Assembly (NCBI GenBank): GCA_028353405.1
Contig: JAOMOG010000007.1
Span: 755-64,754, forward strand
DNA length: 64,000 nucleotides
Direction: 5' to 3'
From: Candidatus Poseidoniaceae archaeon
Lineage (GTDB): Archaea; Thermoplasmatota; Poseidoniia; Poseidoniales; Poseidoniaceae
Below the pieces are notes generated by a model, which worked only from the letters and a program-made list of their open reading frames with translations, had not been told where the DNA came from and searched no databases. The translations under genes and the position numbers were made by a program. Position 1 is the first letter of the stretch. Each line of letters begins with the position of its first letter. Shown here piece after piece: positions 18,441 through 28,423 of this stretch.

Positions 18441-20462
18441 TCAGATTGAGTTAATTATATCGTCATCAACAATATTTGGCAAAGTCACTTGTAAATCCGG
18501 TTGTGATTGCATTGCTCTTTTTGCAGCAAAAATAGCACCATCATTACGAGCCCAAGCCCTTCTCGCTACACCATTATTGACGTCCCAGTGTAGCATTGAT
18601 TGTAATCGGTTTTCAGAATCATCAGTTCCATCTAGCATCAAACCAAAGCCACCGTTTACAACTTCGCCCCAGCCAACACCTCCACCATTGTGCAAACTAA
18701 CCCAAGTTGCGCCTCTAAAGGAATCGCCTACGAAGTTTTGAACCGCCATATCAGCAGTAAACATTGAACCGTCAGAAATATTTGCAGTTTCTCTGTAAGG
18801 GGAGTCGGTTCCCGAAACATCGTGATGATCTCTACCCAATACTATTGGACCCGAGATTCTCCCTGTTGAGATGGCCTTATTCATTGCTGACGCTATTCTT
18901 CTCCTTCCTTCATCATCTGCGTAGAGAATACGCGCTTGAGAGCCTACAACCATATTATTTGACTCGGCTTGCTCAATCCAGCGAATATTATCTCTCATCT
19001 GTTGTTGAATCTCTATTGGAGACTCCAATATCATTTCAGAAAGAACTTCACAGGCAATTGCATCAGATTCCGCTAAATCCTGCGGACTCCCTGAGCAGCA
19101 AACCCATCTATATGGTCCAAAGCCATAGTCAAAGCACATCGGGCCCATGATATCTTCAACGTATGACGGATATTTGAAACCGCCATCCGCATTCATAACA
19201 TTTGCACCGGCTCTACTAGCTTCGAGAAGGAATGCATTGCCATAATCCCAAAAGTACATTCCTTCATCTGTCATTTTGTTGATTGCATTAGCATGACGAA
19301 TCAAACTATTTTTTACTTCATCAGCAAACTTCTGAGGCTGCTGCGACATCATTAGTGATGCAACTTCGTAATCAAATCCTACGGGTAAATATCCTCCTTG
19401 CCATGGATTGTGTAGTGAAGTTTGGTCACTTCCTAAATCGACCTTAACCTCTCTTTCAACTAACCTCTCCCAAAGAGTGACTATATTTCCTACATATCCA
19501 ATAGAAATTGCTTCCTTAGTTTGGACTGCCTGAAGCATTTTGTCAATTGCATCATCAACATCATCAGCAACGGTACTTAGCCAACCTTGCTGATGCCTCT
19601 TCTTAGCCGCATGTGGATTAACTTCAGCGATGATGCAGGCGGCACCTGCAATCACAGCCGCTTTAGCTTGAGCCCCAGACATACCCCCTAAGCCGGATGT
19701 CACGAAAGAAACCCCTTCTAAGCCTTCATCGCCAGAAATTCCTAATTTATCTCTAGCTGCATTGAGTAAAGTAATTGTAGTTCCATGAACTATTCCTTGA
19801 GGTCCAATGTACATGTAAGATCCAGCGGTCATTTGACCATATTGACTTACACCTAAGGCATTCATCCTTTCATAATCTTCAGCAGATGAATGATTTGGAA
19901 TCACCATACCGTTTGTGACTATTGCTCTTGGAGCACTTGGGCTTGAAGGAAATAGTCCAAGAGGGTGACCTGAATACATTACCAATGTTTGATGTTCAGA
20001 CATCTGCGACAGATATTTCATCACAATTCGATATTGTGCCCAATTTTGGAAAACTGCTCCGTTGCCGCCATAAGTTATCAATTCATGAGGAAATTGGGCT
20101 ACCATTGGATCTAAATTATTTTGAATCATCAACATTATCGCGGCTGCTTGTTTGCATTTCGCTGGATAATAGTCGATAGGATATGCTCTCATTTCATACT
20201 CAGTAGGACGGTATCGCCACATTATCACCCTACCAAAAGTATTCAATTCTTGACTAAACTCTTTTGCGAGTGTTGCATGTAAATGCTTTGGAAAATATCT
20301 CAATGCATTTCTAATAGCCAATTGCTTCTCTTGATGGGACAATACTTGCCGCCTTGCAGGAGCATGGTCGACGCCATCATCCCAAGGAGGCATTTCTGGC
20401 AACTCATCGGGAATGCCAGAGACGAGGCAAGTGGCAAGGATAGAGGCGACCTCTCCCGACAT
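18441..20462 (-). CDS. hutU: Urocanate hydratase (urocanase, HutU), long 673-aa form
   Basis: NAD-binding GLGGMSGAQ. It carries conserved urocanase blocks: LRYFP, MRAYPIDYYP, YGGNGAVFQNW and VMYSGHPLGLFP. It is ~110 aa longer than typical bacterial HutU. Confidence 0.85.
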   Translation of the reverse strand: MSGEVASILATCLVSGIPDELPEMPPWDDGVDHAPARRQVLSHQEKQLAIRNALRYFPKHLHATLAKEFSQELNTFGRVIMWRYRPTEYEMRAYPIDYYPAKCKQAAAIMLMIQNNLDPMVAQFPHELITYGGNGAVFQNWAQYRIVMKYLSQMSEHQTLVMYSGHPLGLFPSSPSAPRAIVTNGMVIPNHSSAEDYERMNALGVSQYGQMTAGSYMYIGPQGIVHGTTITLLNAARDKLGISGDEGLEGVSFVTSGLGGMSGAQAKAAVIAGAACIIAEVNPHAAKKRHQQGWLSTVADDVDDAIDKMLQAVQTKEAISIGYVGNIVTLWERLVEREVKVDLGSDQTSLHNPWQGGYLPVGFDYEVASLMMSQQPQKFADEVKNSLIRHANAINKMTDEGMYFWDYGNAFLLEASRAGANVMNADGGFKYPSYVEDIMGPMCFDYGFGPYRWVCCSGSPQDLAESDAIACEVLSEMILESPIEIQQQMRDNIRWIEQAESNNMVVGSQARILYADDEGRRRIASAMNKAISTGRISGPIVLGRDHHDVSGTDSPYRETANISDGSMFTADMAVQNFVGDSFRGATWVSLHNGGGVGWGEVVNGGFGLMLDGTDDSENRLQSMLHWDVNNGVARRAWARNDGAIFAAKRAMQSQPDLQVTLPNIVDDDIINSI

Positions 20463-20502
20463 AACACAGGGTCATCTCAGCCTGTCTTTGAGCATTGCCA
20501 TC

Positions 20503-21762
20503 TTACGCCTGTGTGACGCTTTTTGAATTACTGGGATTCCATAATGTAAACAATATTCCAGATAGCATCATCAGTGAACCAAAGTATAGAATCCCATCAG
20601 CGATTCCTAGATTATAATTTTCAACCAAATATCCAGCTACTGAAGTGGAAATTGAAAATGCGATAGACATGAACAACATGTCAATGGAGAACACTCTACC
20701 TCTCATTTCATCTTCTACCCAACGTTGGGTAAGGATGGTTGAAAGAACCCAATTAGCACCACTGGCAGCATGGGCAAGAAGAACAAGAAATACTGTCAAT
20801 ACGATACTTATATTCAAAGTCAGTGAAACCAATACGTAAAAACTCCCACTTATGACAACTAATTTCCCAATTAATCCTGGCCATTTAGATTCATCTTTCA
20901 ACACATTTCTAGCAATTATAGGTCCAAGCCCCGTTCCGACCCCTCTTGCGAAAAAGAATATACCGAATCCCATGGCCGCTCCATAACCATCGGTTTCTGA
21001 TCCCAATAATACTAAGAATACTCCAGCCAATGCACCACCGGCGATATTCCAGGATGTTTTTGCAAATATAATTCTCAACAAGCGCGACTCAGTGTACACT
21101 CTTAACCAACCGCGTTTAATATTTGAAAATGCAGTTTTGAAGAATGGTGTTTTCATCTCCTCCTCAACTTTTTGATGTATTTTTACTGGAATTAATAGAA
21201 GTGTAGCGATTACAAAAGTCATTGAATCAATAATAAAGGCTGCATCTGCGCCCCAATTTGACACCACTACTCCACCCAACAATGCTCCGATACACAATGC
21301 TGTAGACCATGAAGCCGCATCAAGGGCATTGGCTGTAGCCAAATCCTCATCACTGACAACATTAGGTATTGCAGCCCTTTCAGCAGTCATATATGTCCCA
21401 TGTAGCAACATCATTAATCCTGATAATGCAATCATCCATGGTATGTCAGATGCACTATCTACTAGAAGAAAACCAAGCGCTAAAAATATTTGAGTGAAAT
21501 TTGCAAATACCATTATTGATTTACGACTATATCTGTCGGCTAGTAATCCAATAAATGGTTGCATTAAGGCAAACGAAGCCATTCTTACAGTGAACAGGAA
21601 TCCGAGTAAAAATTCTGAACCTGTGTATTCCAGAATCAAGAAAAACAGTGCTATTGTGTTGAACCATTCCCCTAACATTGAAATTACCGAAGCAAGCCAC
21701 AGACTGCGGAAATTTCCATTTGAACGTAGTAATTGTACATAACCAATATCACTCATAATCAC
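20503..21762 (-). CDS. MFS transporter
   Basis: It has 12 predicted TM segments and the MFS loop motif GLLADRYSRK. Its stop overlaps the start of the upstream oxidoreductase by 4 nt. Confidence 0.75.
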   Translation of the reverse strand: MIMSDIGYVQLLRSNGNFRSLWLASVISMLGEWFNTIALFFLILEYTGSEFLLGFLFTVRMASFALMQPFIGLLADRYSRKSIMVFANFTQIFLALGFLLVDSASDIPWMIALSGLMMLLHGTYMTAERAAIPNVVSDEDLATANALDAASWSTALCIGALLGGVVVSNWGADAAFIIDSMTFVIATLLLIPVKIHQKVEEEMKTPFFKTAFSNIKRGWLRVYTESRLLRIIFAKTSWNIAGGALAGVFLVLLGSETDGYGAAMGFGIFFFARGVGTGLGPIIARNVLKDESKWPGLIGKLVVISGSFYVLVSLTLNISIVLTVFLVLLAHAASGANWVLSTILTQRWVEDEMRGRVFSIDMLFMSIAFSISTSVAGYLVENYNLGIADGILYFGSLMMLSGILFTLWNPSNSKSVTQA

Positions 21763-24062
21763 TCCTCCTCTTGCGAGGAGTTACTCTCATGTAATGATAC
21801 TACGACCCATTTCGAAGTTGGCGTATTGGAGATATCTGCTGTTGATTCAAGAGGTACGAGGCAATTAGCTTCAGGGAAGTAAGTGGCGATATTACCACTT
21901 GGAATATCATAAGGAATTACAATCCACTGGTCTGCCTTTCTAGTTTGGCCATTAAAATGAGATACTATGTCTACGATAGTTCTTGTTTTCCATCCCCTTT
22001 CTACCATGTCGTTAGCATTCATCATCACCACTCTTCTGTTGCCATGTATGCCTCTATACCTGTCATGTAGATCGTAGATAGTAGTGTTATATTGGTCGTG
22101 ACTTCGAATTGTCATCATTACATATTTATCATCATCAATAGATACATTTGGTAACGAATTAGTAGTGAAGTGCGCCTTTCCATTATCTGTAGCAAATGAT
22201 TGGTTGTCCCTTGGTGGATTCGGTAGTGAAAAGCCATTGGGATTGCGGATTCTAAGATTATAGTCTTCAAAACCATGTAATGACTTTTCCATTAAATTTC
22301 TAATATCATCATAATTATCAGTTAATTCCAACCAATTCAAATGCTCATCTCCCAATGTGGCATTGGCTAATTGCGCAACAATCCATGGCTCACTTCGTAA
22401 GTGTGTGCTAGCAGGGCGGAAGCCGCCTCTAGAGCTATGGACTATGCCCATTGAGTTTTCCACAGAAACAAATTGTTCCCCTTCTTTGGTGATGTCAAGT
22501 TCAGTACGTCCAAGACAAGGAAGAATCAATGCTTCCTTACCAGTGATGCAGTGAGCGCGATTGAGTTTGGTAGATACCTGAATTGTAAGATCAACTTTTT
22601 GCATTCCTTCAGCAGTAGCCTCGGTATCTGGGCTGGCCGAGATAAAATTGCCACCTAAACAGAAAAAGACGCCGATATCCCCCTTTCTCATAGCCTTAAT
22701 CGCATGAACGACATCGTATCCATGGTGCTGAGGCATTTGGAAGCCCAATCCCTGCTCTAACCTTTCCAAGAATGATTCAGATGGAGCCTCCCAAATGCCC
22801 ACGGTTCTATCACCTTGCACATTTGAATGACCCCTTACAGGGCAAAAGCCAGCGCCTTCTCGACCAACATGCCCGCCCATCAATAAGAGATTAACAACTT
22901 CTTGAATTACTGTAACGCCATTGCGATGCTGTGTCAGCCCCATCGCCCAGCAAGCGATAGTAGCATTGGAATTCGCACACATCTCTCCCGCATGCTCTAT
23001 TTGTTGCCTAGAGAGTCCACTATCCGTACAGATTACATCCCATGGCGTCTCCAATGCCGATTCTATCATTGATTCGTAACCATCTGTTTTGGAGTCAATG
23101 AATGATTCATCGATGCCACCTTTTTGGTGATGGATCTTTATCAATCCCTTGATCAAAGCAGCATCTCCTCCAATTTTTACCTGTAAGTGAATATCGGCGA
23201 GTGTAGTAGATTTTAGATTAGCAGTCATGTAGTCTTGTGGATGCTTAAAACGATTCAAACCAGATTCGGGAAGAGGATTAACATGAATTATTTTGGCGCC
23301 TTTATTTTTTGCATCTCTTAGTGCAGTTAGCATACGCGGGTGGTTAGTGCCTGGGTTTTGACCAATTACTAATATCAACTCTGCTTTGTTAAAATCTTCA
23401 AGTGTAACAGTTCCTTTACCAATGCCAATTGTAGCTCCCAATCCTTTACCACTCGACTCATGGCACATGTTTGAGCAATCAGGTAAATTATTTGTTCCAA
23501 AGGCACGTACAAATGCCTGATATAAGAATGCGGCCTCATTACTAGTTCTCCCAGATGTGTAAAATGCTGCATTATCAGCAGATTGTAAGGAATTCAACTG
23601 AGTAGATATTTTTCCAAATGCATCATCCCAACTTATTTCTGTATAATGAGAAGAATCCTTTGCAAGATACATTGGATTGGTAATTCTACCTTGCTTATTT
23701 AGCCAATAATCACTCTGATTAGAAAGATGTTGTACAGAATACTTCTTGAAAAACTCAGGGGTGACACGTGCTTTTGTTCCTTCATCAGCAATTGCTTTAG
23801 CACCGTTTTCACAGAACTCAAATGTTGTTCGATGCGATGGATCTGGCCAAGCACATCCTGGGCAATCAAATCCCTTCTGCTGGTTAACCATCATCAAACT
23901 TTTAACCGTTTTAGCCACACCCATTCTTGTAATTCCATGTTTCATGGAAGACAAGGCAGCAGGTATTCCTGCAGCAGTAGTTTTTATTTTTGATAACTTT
24001 AATTTGTTGTTATCTGGAGGTGTGAGTGCAGTTACCTTTTCACGCATTTCCCTCACCGACAA
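21759..24062 (-). CDS. Molybdopterin oxidoreductase, FdhF/YdeP-like formate-dehydrogenase-family alpha subunit
   Basis: The N-terminus reads TAAGIPAALSSMKHG...GFDCPGCAWPDP, typical of the YdeP-type family. The ~770-aa MopB-domain length fits. It is adjacent to fdhD. Confidence 0.75.
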   Translation of the reverse strand: MSVREMREKVTALTPPDNNKLKLSKIKTTAAGIPAALSSMKHGITRMGVAKTVKSLMMVNQQKGFDCPGCAWPDPSHRTTFEFCENGAKAIADEGTKARVTPEFFKKYSVQHLSNQSDYWLNKQGRITNPMYLAKDSSHYTEISWDDAFGKISTQLNSLQSADNAAFYTSGRTSNEAAFLYQAFVRAFGTNNLPDCSNMCHESSGKGLGATIGIGKGTVTLEDFNKAELILVIGQNPGTNHPRMLTALRDAKNKGAKIIHVNPLPESGLNRFKHPQDYMTANLKSTTLADIHLQVKIGGDAALIKGLIKIHHQKGGIDESFIDSKTDGYESMIESALETPWDVICTDSGLSRQQIEHAGEMCANSNATIACWAMGLTQHRNGVTVIQEVVNLLLMGGHVGREGAGFCPVRGHSNVQGDRTVGIWEAPSESFLERLEQGLGFQMPQHHGYDVVHAIKAMRKGDIGVFFCLGGNFISASPDTEATAEGMQKVDLTIQVSTKLNRAHCITGKEALILPCLGRTELDITKEGEQFVSVENSMGIVHSSRGGFRPASTHLRSEPWIVAQLANATLGDEHLNWLELTDNYDDIRNLMEKSLHGFEDYNLRIRNPNGFSLPNPPRDNQSFATDNGKAHFTTNSLPNVSIDDDKYVMMTIRSHDQYNTTIYDLHDRYRGIHGNRRVVMMNANDMVERGWKTRTIVDIVSHFNGQTRKADQWIVIPYDIPSGNIATYFPEANCLVPLESTADISNTPTSKWVVVSLHESNSSQEEE

Positions 24063-24098
24063 TTTACCACGCTGGGGCTTTGCTTCTCAATGCTTTGT

Positions 24099-24887
24099 TC
24101 AATTGAGGCGGCTTGAGGGTCCAATCACTACCCCTTTGTCGCTACGGACAAAGGAGAAGAGTGTGATATTTGATTGGCGTGCAGCTTCTATTGCAAGAGT
24201 AGAGGATGCCCCAATACTGGCTATCAGTGGACAATTCATTCTAGCAGATTTAGCAACAATATCCCATCCACACCGACCGGACAACAGTAATCCATGCTGA
24301 TTGAGATTTATTTCACTTCTTTGTGCGAAACCGAATAATTTGTCAACCGCGTTATGCCTTCCAATGTCTTCTCTAATGGCGACTAAATTCCCTTCACCAT
24401 CTATCAGCCCTGCAGCATGAACTCCCCCGGTCGCAGAGAAACCGATTTGTAGTTTTTTCATAGATTCAAAAGCAGTATTTATTGCAGCTGCAGAGAAACT
24501 AATCTGCGAGGATGAAACAAGTGGAACATTTGACATTAAAGCATCCACTCCATCCCTATCACATGCGCCACAACTGCTGGTGATGATTCTCTCATCAGGA
24601 AGTATTAGGTCTATTTTATCAGATGTAATAATGTCCGCGAAGTGAGTACCAGTTTCATCTAAAGAAGTGGTAAAGTCCTCAATGCTAATTGGACCTGTTT
24701 TAGCTTCAGCAATACAATGGCCAATAGCCAAATCTTGTAAATCAGATGGCGTAGCTAACAAGTTTGCAATAGCCTTACCATTGATTCTAATTATCACTAA
24801 TGCTTCAACTGCAACATTATCTTGATCTAAGGTGAATCCCTCTCCATTCCAGCGAGATACACCTATTTTCCTATGTAAGTCACTCAT
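24099..24887 (-). CDS. fdhD: Formate dehydrogenase accessory sulfurtransferase FdhD
   Basis: It has the GRHNAVDKLFG motif, and SSCGAC carries the active-site Cys. The size is 262 aa. Confidence 0.8.
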   Translation of the reverse strand: MSDLHRKIGVSRWNGEGFTLDQDNVAVEALVIIRINGKAIANLLATPSDLQDLAIGHCIAEAKTGPISIEDFTTSLDETGTHFADIITSDKIDLILPDERIITSSCGACDRDGVDALMSNVPLVSSSQISFSAAAINTAFESMKKLQIGFSATGGVHAAGLIDGEGNLVAIREDIGRHNAVDKLFGFAQRSEINLNQHGLLLSGRCGWDIVAKSARMNCPLIASIGASSTLAIEAARQSNITLFSFVRSDKGVVIGPSSRLN

Positions 24888-24898
24888 ATAATCACGCT

Positions 24899-25453
24899 CT
24901 AATCGGATTCAATTGAAGACCTATCAATATCAAAAAATTCGAATTGTAACGAAACTAATTCAGCACTAGACTTTGCAGCAGCATATGCTTCAAGTGGTTC
25001 TTTATTAAGTTCAAAAAATCTCTCGCCCCACCTAAAAGCACCTAATACTTGGCGCGCTTGTTGTTCTCGGCCGATTAAAAATAGAATAGTTGCTAGTGCT
25101 TCAGCAGTTGTCAATTTGCTTGGTTTACCCCAATTAACTGGATTTGCTGCCAATAGCAAAGGTAACATTCGCGGTTGTAATTTGGTCCTTTTCATCACTT
25201 GCTCTACACTTTCTTCTATGTTGGCCCAACTACAGTCTAAACCGACTATAGCACCGCCATTACTGAGAAGGACTTCATGGTCTTCCGGACCGAACACTTT
25301 ACCACATAATGGCTCTAAAATGAATCCTTTTCTAGGAACGGTATTGAACCGTTTATGCATCACTATATCGCCTCTTTTTGAAGCACTAACGACAGTATTT
25401 TTCTTGGGATCATCTTGGGCCAACCAAATCGCATGGACTGGTATATCTCTCAT
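24899..25453 (-). CDS. tsr3: 16S rRNA aminocarboxypropyltransferase Tsr3 (DUF367)
   Basis: LDCSW and the N-terminal DDPKK motif are characteristic of Tsr3. The start is set at MRDIPVHAIW to avoid overlap with mbf1. Confidence 0.65.
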   Translation of the reverse strand: MRDIPVHAIWLAQDDPKKNTVVSASKRGDIVMHKRFNTVPRKGFILEPLCGKVFGPEDHEVLLSNGGAIVGLDCSWANIEESVEQVMKRTKLQPRMLPLLLAANPVNWGKPSKLTTAEALATILFLIGREQQARQVLGAFRWGERFFELNKEPLEAYAAAKSSAELVSLQFEFFDIDRSSIESD

Positions 25454-25457
25454 CGAA

Positions 25458-25967
25458 TCACTCTTCTTTAAGGAAATAATCACCGAGTGTTATTCCGCGA
25501 GATGGGCCACTGTCTAGAACTCGGGTGTCAACTGACCTATGCTCAATCATCAAACTAATTCCTAAAATGCGTTCAAACTTTTTTATTACGGAATCAGTTG
25601 GTCTTTTGCCAGATTCAGCAGATTTGACGATGTTTACAGTTTCTGCCATTCTTTTTCCTAATTGAGATTGATTCCAATTTTTCTGCTTACGGGCTGTTGA
25701 AATACGTAATGAAAAGTCATCGGCGAGGTCTTTTTCAGAACGCGTCATAATGCTTTTTCCTCTAGGAGATGAACCACTAGTCTTGGTATTCATTCCACCA
25801 GTCCTCGTGGTTGGAGAAAACGCTCGTGCTAATCCAGGGGCAACCGGCTTCGGTCCAAGGTTTAATTTTTCAATGCACCTACTACAGGCTGAGACCTCTG
25901 TTTTACCGGTTTTTACGTGTTTGACTCCAACCTTCATTGCTCCACATAATTCACAATCTCCCATAAT
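25458..25967 (-). CDS. mbf1: Archaeal multiprotein bridging factor 1 (aMBF1): zinc ribbon plus HTH_XRE
   Basis: N-terminal ribbon CELCG...CSRC. C-terminal HTH QSQLGKRMAETVNIVKSAESGKRPTDSVIKKFERILGISL. The ORF extends to 26081, and MGDCELCG is the likely start. Confidence 0.7.
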   Translation of the reverse strand: MMGDCELCGAMKVGVKHVKTGKTEVSACSRCIEKLNLGPKPVAPGLARAFSPTTRTGGMNTKTSGSSPRGKSIMTRSEKDLADDFSLRISTARKQKNWNQSQLGKRMAETVNIVKSAESGKRPTDSVIKKFERILGISLMIEHRSVDTRVLDSGPSRGITLGDYFLKEE

Positions 25968-26097
25968 GTCACTTCCGTACAGTCGCCTGTAATTATGATT
26001 AATAGTCGGAATACTTTGAATCCTTCGGAACAGCCCGTTTCTTATATTATCAAGCGAGGAGTTCATACGGTGTCGCCTCAACCAGTGATTTGTTCGT

Positions 26098-27318
26098 ATG
26101 AGTAGTGAAGTCGAGAACAGCGCTAACGATGAGACTAAAAGTCCTGATGAAGATCTTAAAAAATTGGAATCAGATTACCGGATTTTACAAGAAGAAGCTC
26201 AATCTCTAATAAATGATAGAGCGCACCTTGAATCAGAAGTTAGAGGGCTTAAGAAGAGAGCAAATACGCTGAATGAAGAAGTGAAATCAATGAGGAAACC
26301 CCCGCTTATCATCGGTACTTTACAGGACATCCTTGATAGTGATAGAGCAATAGTGCGGTCATCAAATGGTACTGTGTTTCAAGTTTCATTGAATCAAAGA
26401 ATTGAACCTTCCAAATTACAACCGGGCACCAGAGTTGCCCTAAATCAAGATACCTTGGCTATAATCGAAGTGTTACATGATGCTTGGGATCCGATGGTTA
26501 GCGGTGCTGAAATGGTTGAGAAGCCCGATGTCACATACGGCGAAGTCGCAGGCTTAGACGAGCAAATTGAAGCGGTAAGAGAGGCTATTGAATTGCCTTT
26601 AACTTCTCCTGAGTTATTCGTAAAAGTTGGTATCAAAGCACCAAAGGGAATCCTATTAGTTGGCCCACCGGGTTGTGGAAAAACATTGATTGCTAAAGCG
26701 GTAGCCAATCACACCGATGCAACGTTTATTCGTATGGTCGGTAGTGAATTAGCCCAGAAATATATTGGTGAAGGGGGAAGGATGGTTAGAGAATTGTTCT
26801 CATTAGCAAAAGAAAAGTCTCCTGCGATAATTTTCTTGGATGAAATTGATGCAATCGGTGCAAAAAGATTGGATGGTTCTACAAGCGGGGATCGGGAAGT
26901 TCAACGAACATTAATGCAATTACTTGCTGAATTAGACGGTTTTGACTCTTTAGAAAATGTAAAGATAATTGCCGCTACAAATCGCCCAGATATTTTGGAT
27001 GACGCTTTGTTAAGGCCTGGACGATTTGACCGGGTCATTGAAATTCCTATGCCTGATGAAAAGGCAAGAAGTGCGATACTTTCATTGCATGTTAAGAATA
27101 TGAATACTAAAAGAATTAATGTTCAGAGGGTTGTAGAATTAACTGAAGGCTATTCTGGTGCTGAATTGAAGGCTACTTGTGTTGAAGCGGGTATGAACGC
27201 AATAAGAGACAAACGCGATACAGTAACTCAAAACGACATACTCGCAGCTGTAAAGAGAATTAACAGCAAGAGGAATCAGGGTGGTGTTTCGGCCACTCCA
27301 GAAGGACTCTATAGCTGA
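26098..27318 (+). CDS. pan: Proteasome-activating nucleotidase (PAN), AAA+ ATPase
   Basis: N-terminal coiled coil and OB domain. Walker A GPPGCGKT, Walker B IIFLDEIDA, and SRH. The size is 406 aa. Confidence 0.9.
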   Translation: MSSEVENSANDETKSPDEDLKKLESDYRILQEEAQSLINDRAHLESEVRGLKKRANTLNEEVKSMRKPPLIIGTLQDILDSDRAIVRSSNGTVFQVSLNQRIEPSKLQPGTRVALNQDTLAIIEVLHDAWDPMVSGAEMVEKPDVTYGEVAGLDEQIEAVREAIELPLTSPELFVKVGIKAPKGILLVGPPGCGKTLIAKAVANHTDATFIRMVGSELAQKYIGEGGRMVRELFSLAKEKSPAIIFLDEIDAIGAKRLDGSTSGDREVQRTLMQLLAELDGFDSLENVKIIAATNRPDILDDALLRPGRFDRVIEIPMPDEKARSAILSLHVKNMNTKRINVQRVVELTEGYSGAELKATCVEAGMNAIRDKRDTVTQNDILAAVKRINSKRNQGGVSATPEGLYS

Positions 27319-27373
27319 TTTTTGAAATTGTTCTTTGTCAACATTCAAAGTCCTAATGCGTTAACCCTAGTTC

Positions 27374-28423
27374 ATGGTAGCAACAATCGTTGAGTGCGTC
27401 CCCAACATTTCCGAGGGAATTAATACTGAAAAAATTGAACTTATAGTTCAGGCCGCTAGAAATATTTCTGGTTGTGCAGTATTAGGGGTTGAGCCTGATG
27501 CAGATTATAACAGGACTGTAATAACATTGGCAGGTGAGGCTGATCCTGTTTCTAAAGGCGCTTTTGAACTCATCAAAGCAGCAATATTTCACATTGATAT
27601 GAGGCAACACAAAGGTGAGCATCCTCGTCTCGGCGCAGTGGATGTTTGTCCCTTTGTCCCACTTCAGGGAATTACTATGGAACAATGTTCAGAATTGGCG
27701 AAGGAATTAGCGATTAAAGTGGCTAGTGAATGTGAAGTTCCAACTTTCACATATGGTTTCGCAGCAACTCACGATGATAGAACTCTCTTATCCTCTCTTA
27801 GAAAGGAACAATATGAGGGACTACAGGCAAGAATGAGTGGCGGTGATACGAGCCATTCTGAATCAACTAAACTACCAGACTTTGGACCTATGCAATGGAA
27901 TGAGAATTGTGCTAAATCAGGTGCAATTACAATCGGTTCGAGAAGCATACTGGTCGCGTATAATGTAAATGTAGATGAAGAAGATGCTGTTGTTGCTAAA
28001 AAAATTGGTTCACTAGTTAGATCAACTGGTAGATTGTTAAAGCAATCCGATGGGAGAAGGGCTAGAATTCCTGGTATGCTACCGATGGTGCAAGGAATGG
28101 GTGTTACTTTGGAAAGCCATGGTATCTCTCAAGTATCTATGAATTTAAGGGATGTTGAAGCATGCCCAATGCATATTGCATTTGAAGCCTGTAAGAGCAT
28201 TGCATCCGATCATCAAGTCGATGTACCCGGTAGTGAATTAGTAGGTCTTGTTCCACTTTCCGCTATGTTAGATTCTGGAAGATGGTATGCTGCTGAAGGA
28301 GTAACAGATGAGAAGGAACTAGTAATTGCTGCAATAGAAGGTTTGGGTCTTTCTCAGATCTCGCCATTTGATGCAGAGGAGAGAATAATTGAATGGGCTG
28401 TGGCAAAGGCGGTGGAACAATGA
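27374..28423 (+). CDS. Glutamate formimidoyltransferase (FTCD N-terminal formiminotransferase domain)
   Basis: The N-terminus VECVPNISEGIN matches the formiminotransferase signature. The length is ~330 aa. It is followed, with an ATGA overlap, by the cyclodeaminase. Confidence 0.75.
   Translation: MVATIVECVPNISEGINTEKIELIVQAARNISGCAVLGVEPDADYNRTVITLAGEADPVSKGAFELIKAAIFHIDMRQHKGEHPRLGAVDVCPFVPLQGITMEQCSELAKELAIKVASECEVPTFTYGFAATHDDRTLLSSLRKEQYEGLQARMSGGDTSHSESTKLPDFGPMQWNENCAKSGAITIGSRSILVAYNVNVDEEDAVVAKKIGSLVRSTGRLLKQSDGRRARIPGMLPMVQGMGVTLESHGISQVSMNLRDVEACPMHIAFEACKSIASDHQVDVPGSELVGLVPLSAMLDSGRWYAAEGVTDEKELVIAAIEGLGLSQISPFDAEERIIEWAVAKAVEQ

Noticed and set aside
18441-20462. Possibility that the long HutU is a fusion with an upstream gene
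   Set aside because: The N-terminal extension contains conserved-looking urocanase-family blocks (LRYFP, MRAYPIDYYP). It is contiguous in one frame with no internal start context that would suggest two genes. I treat it as a genuine long-form urocanase.
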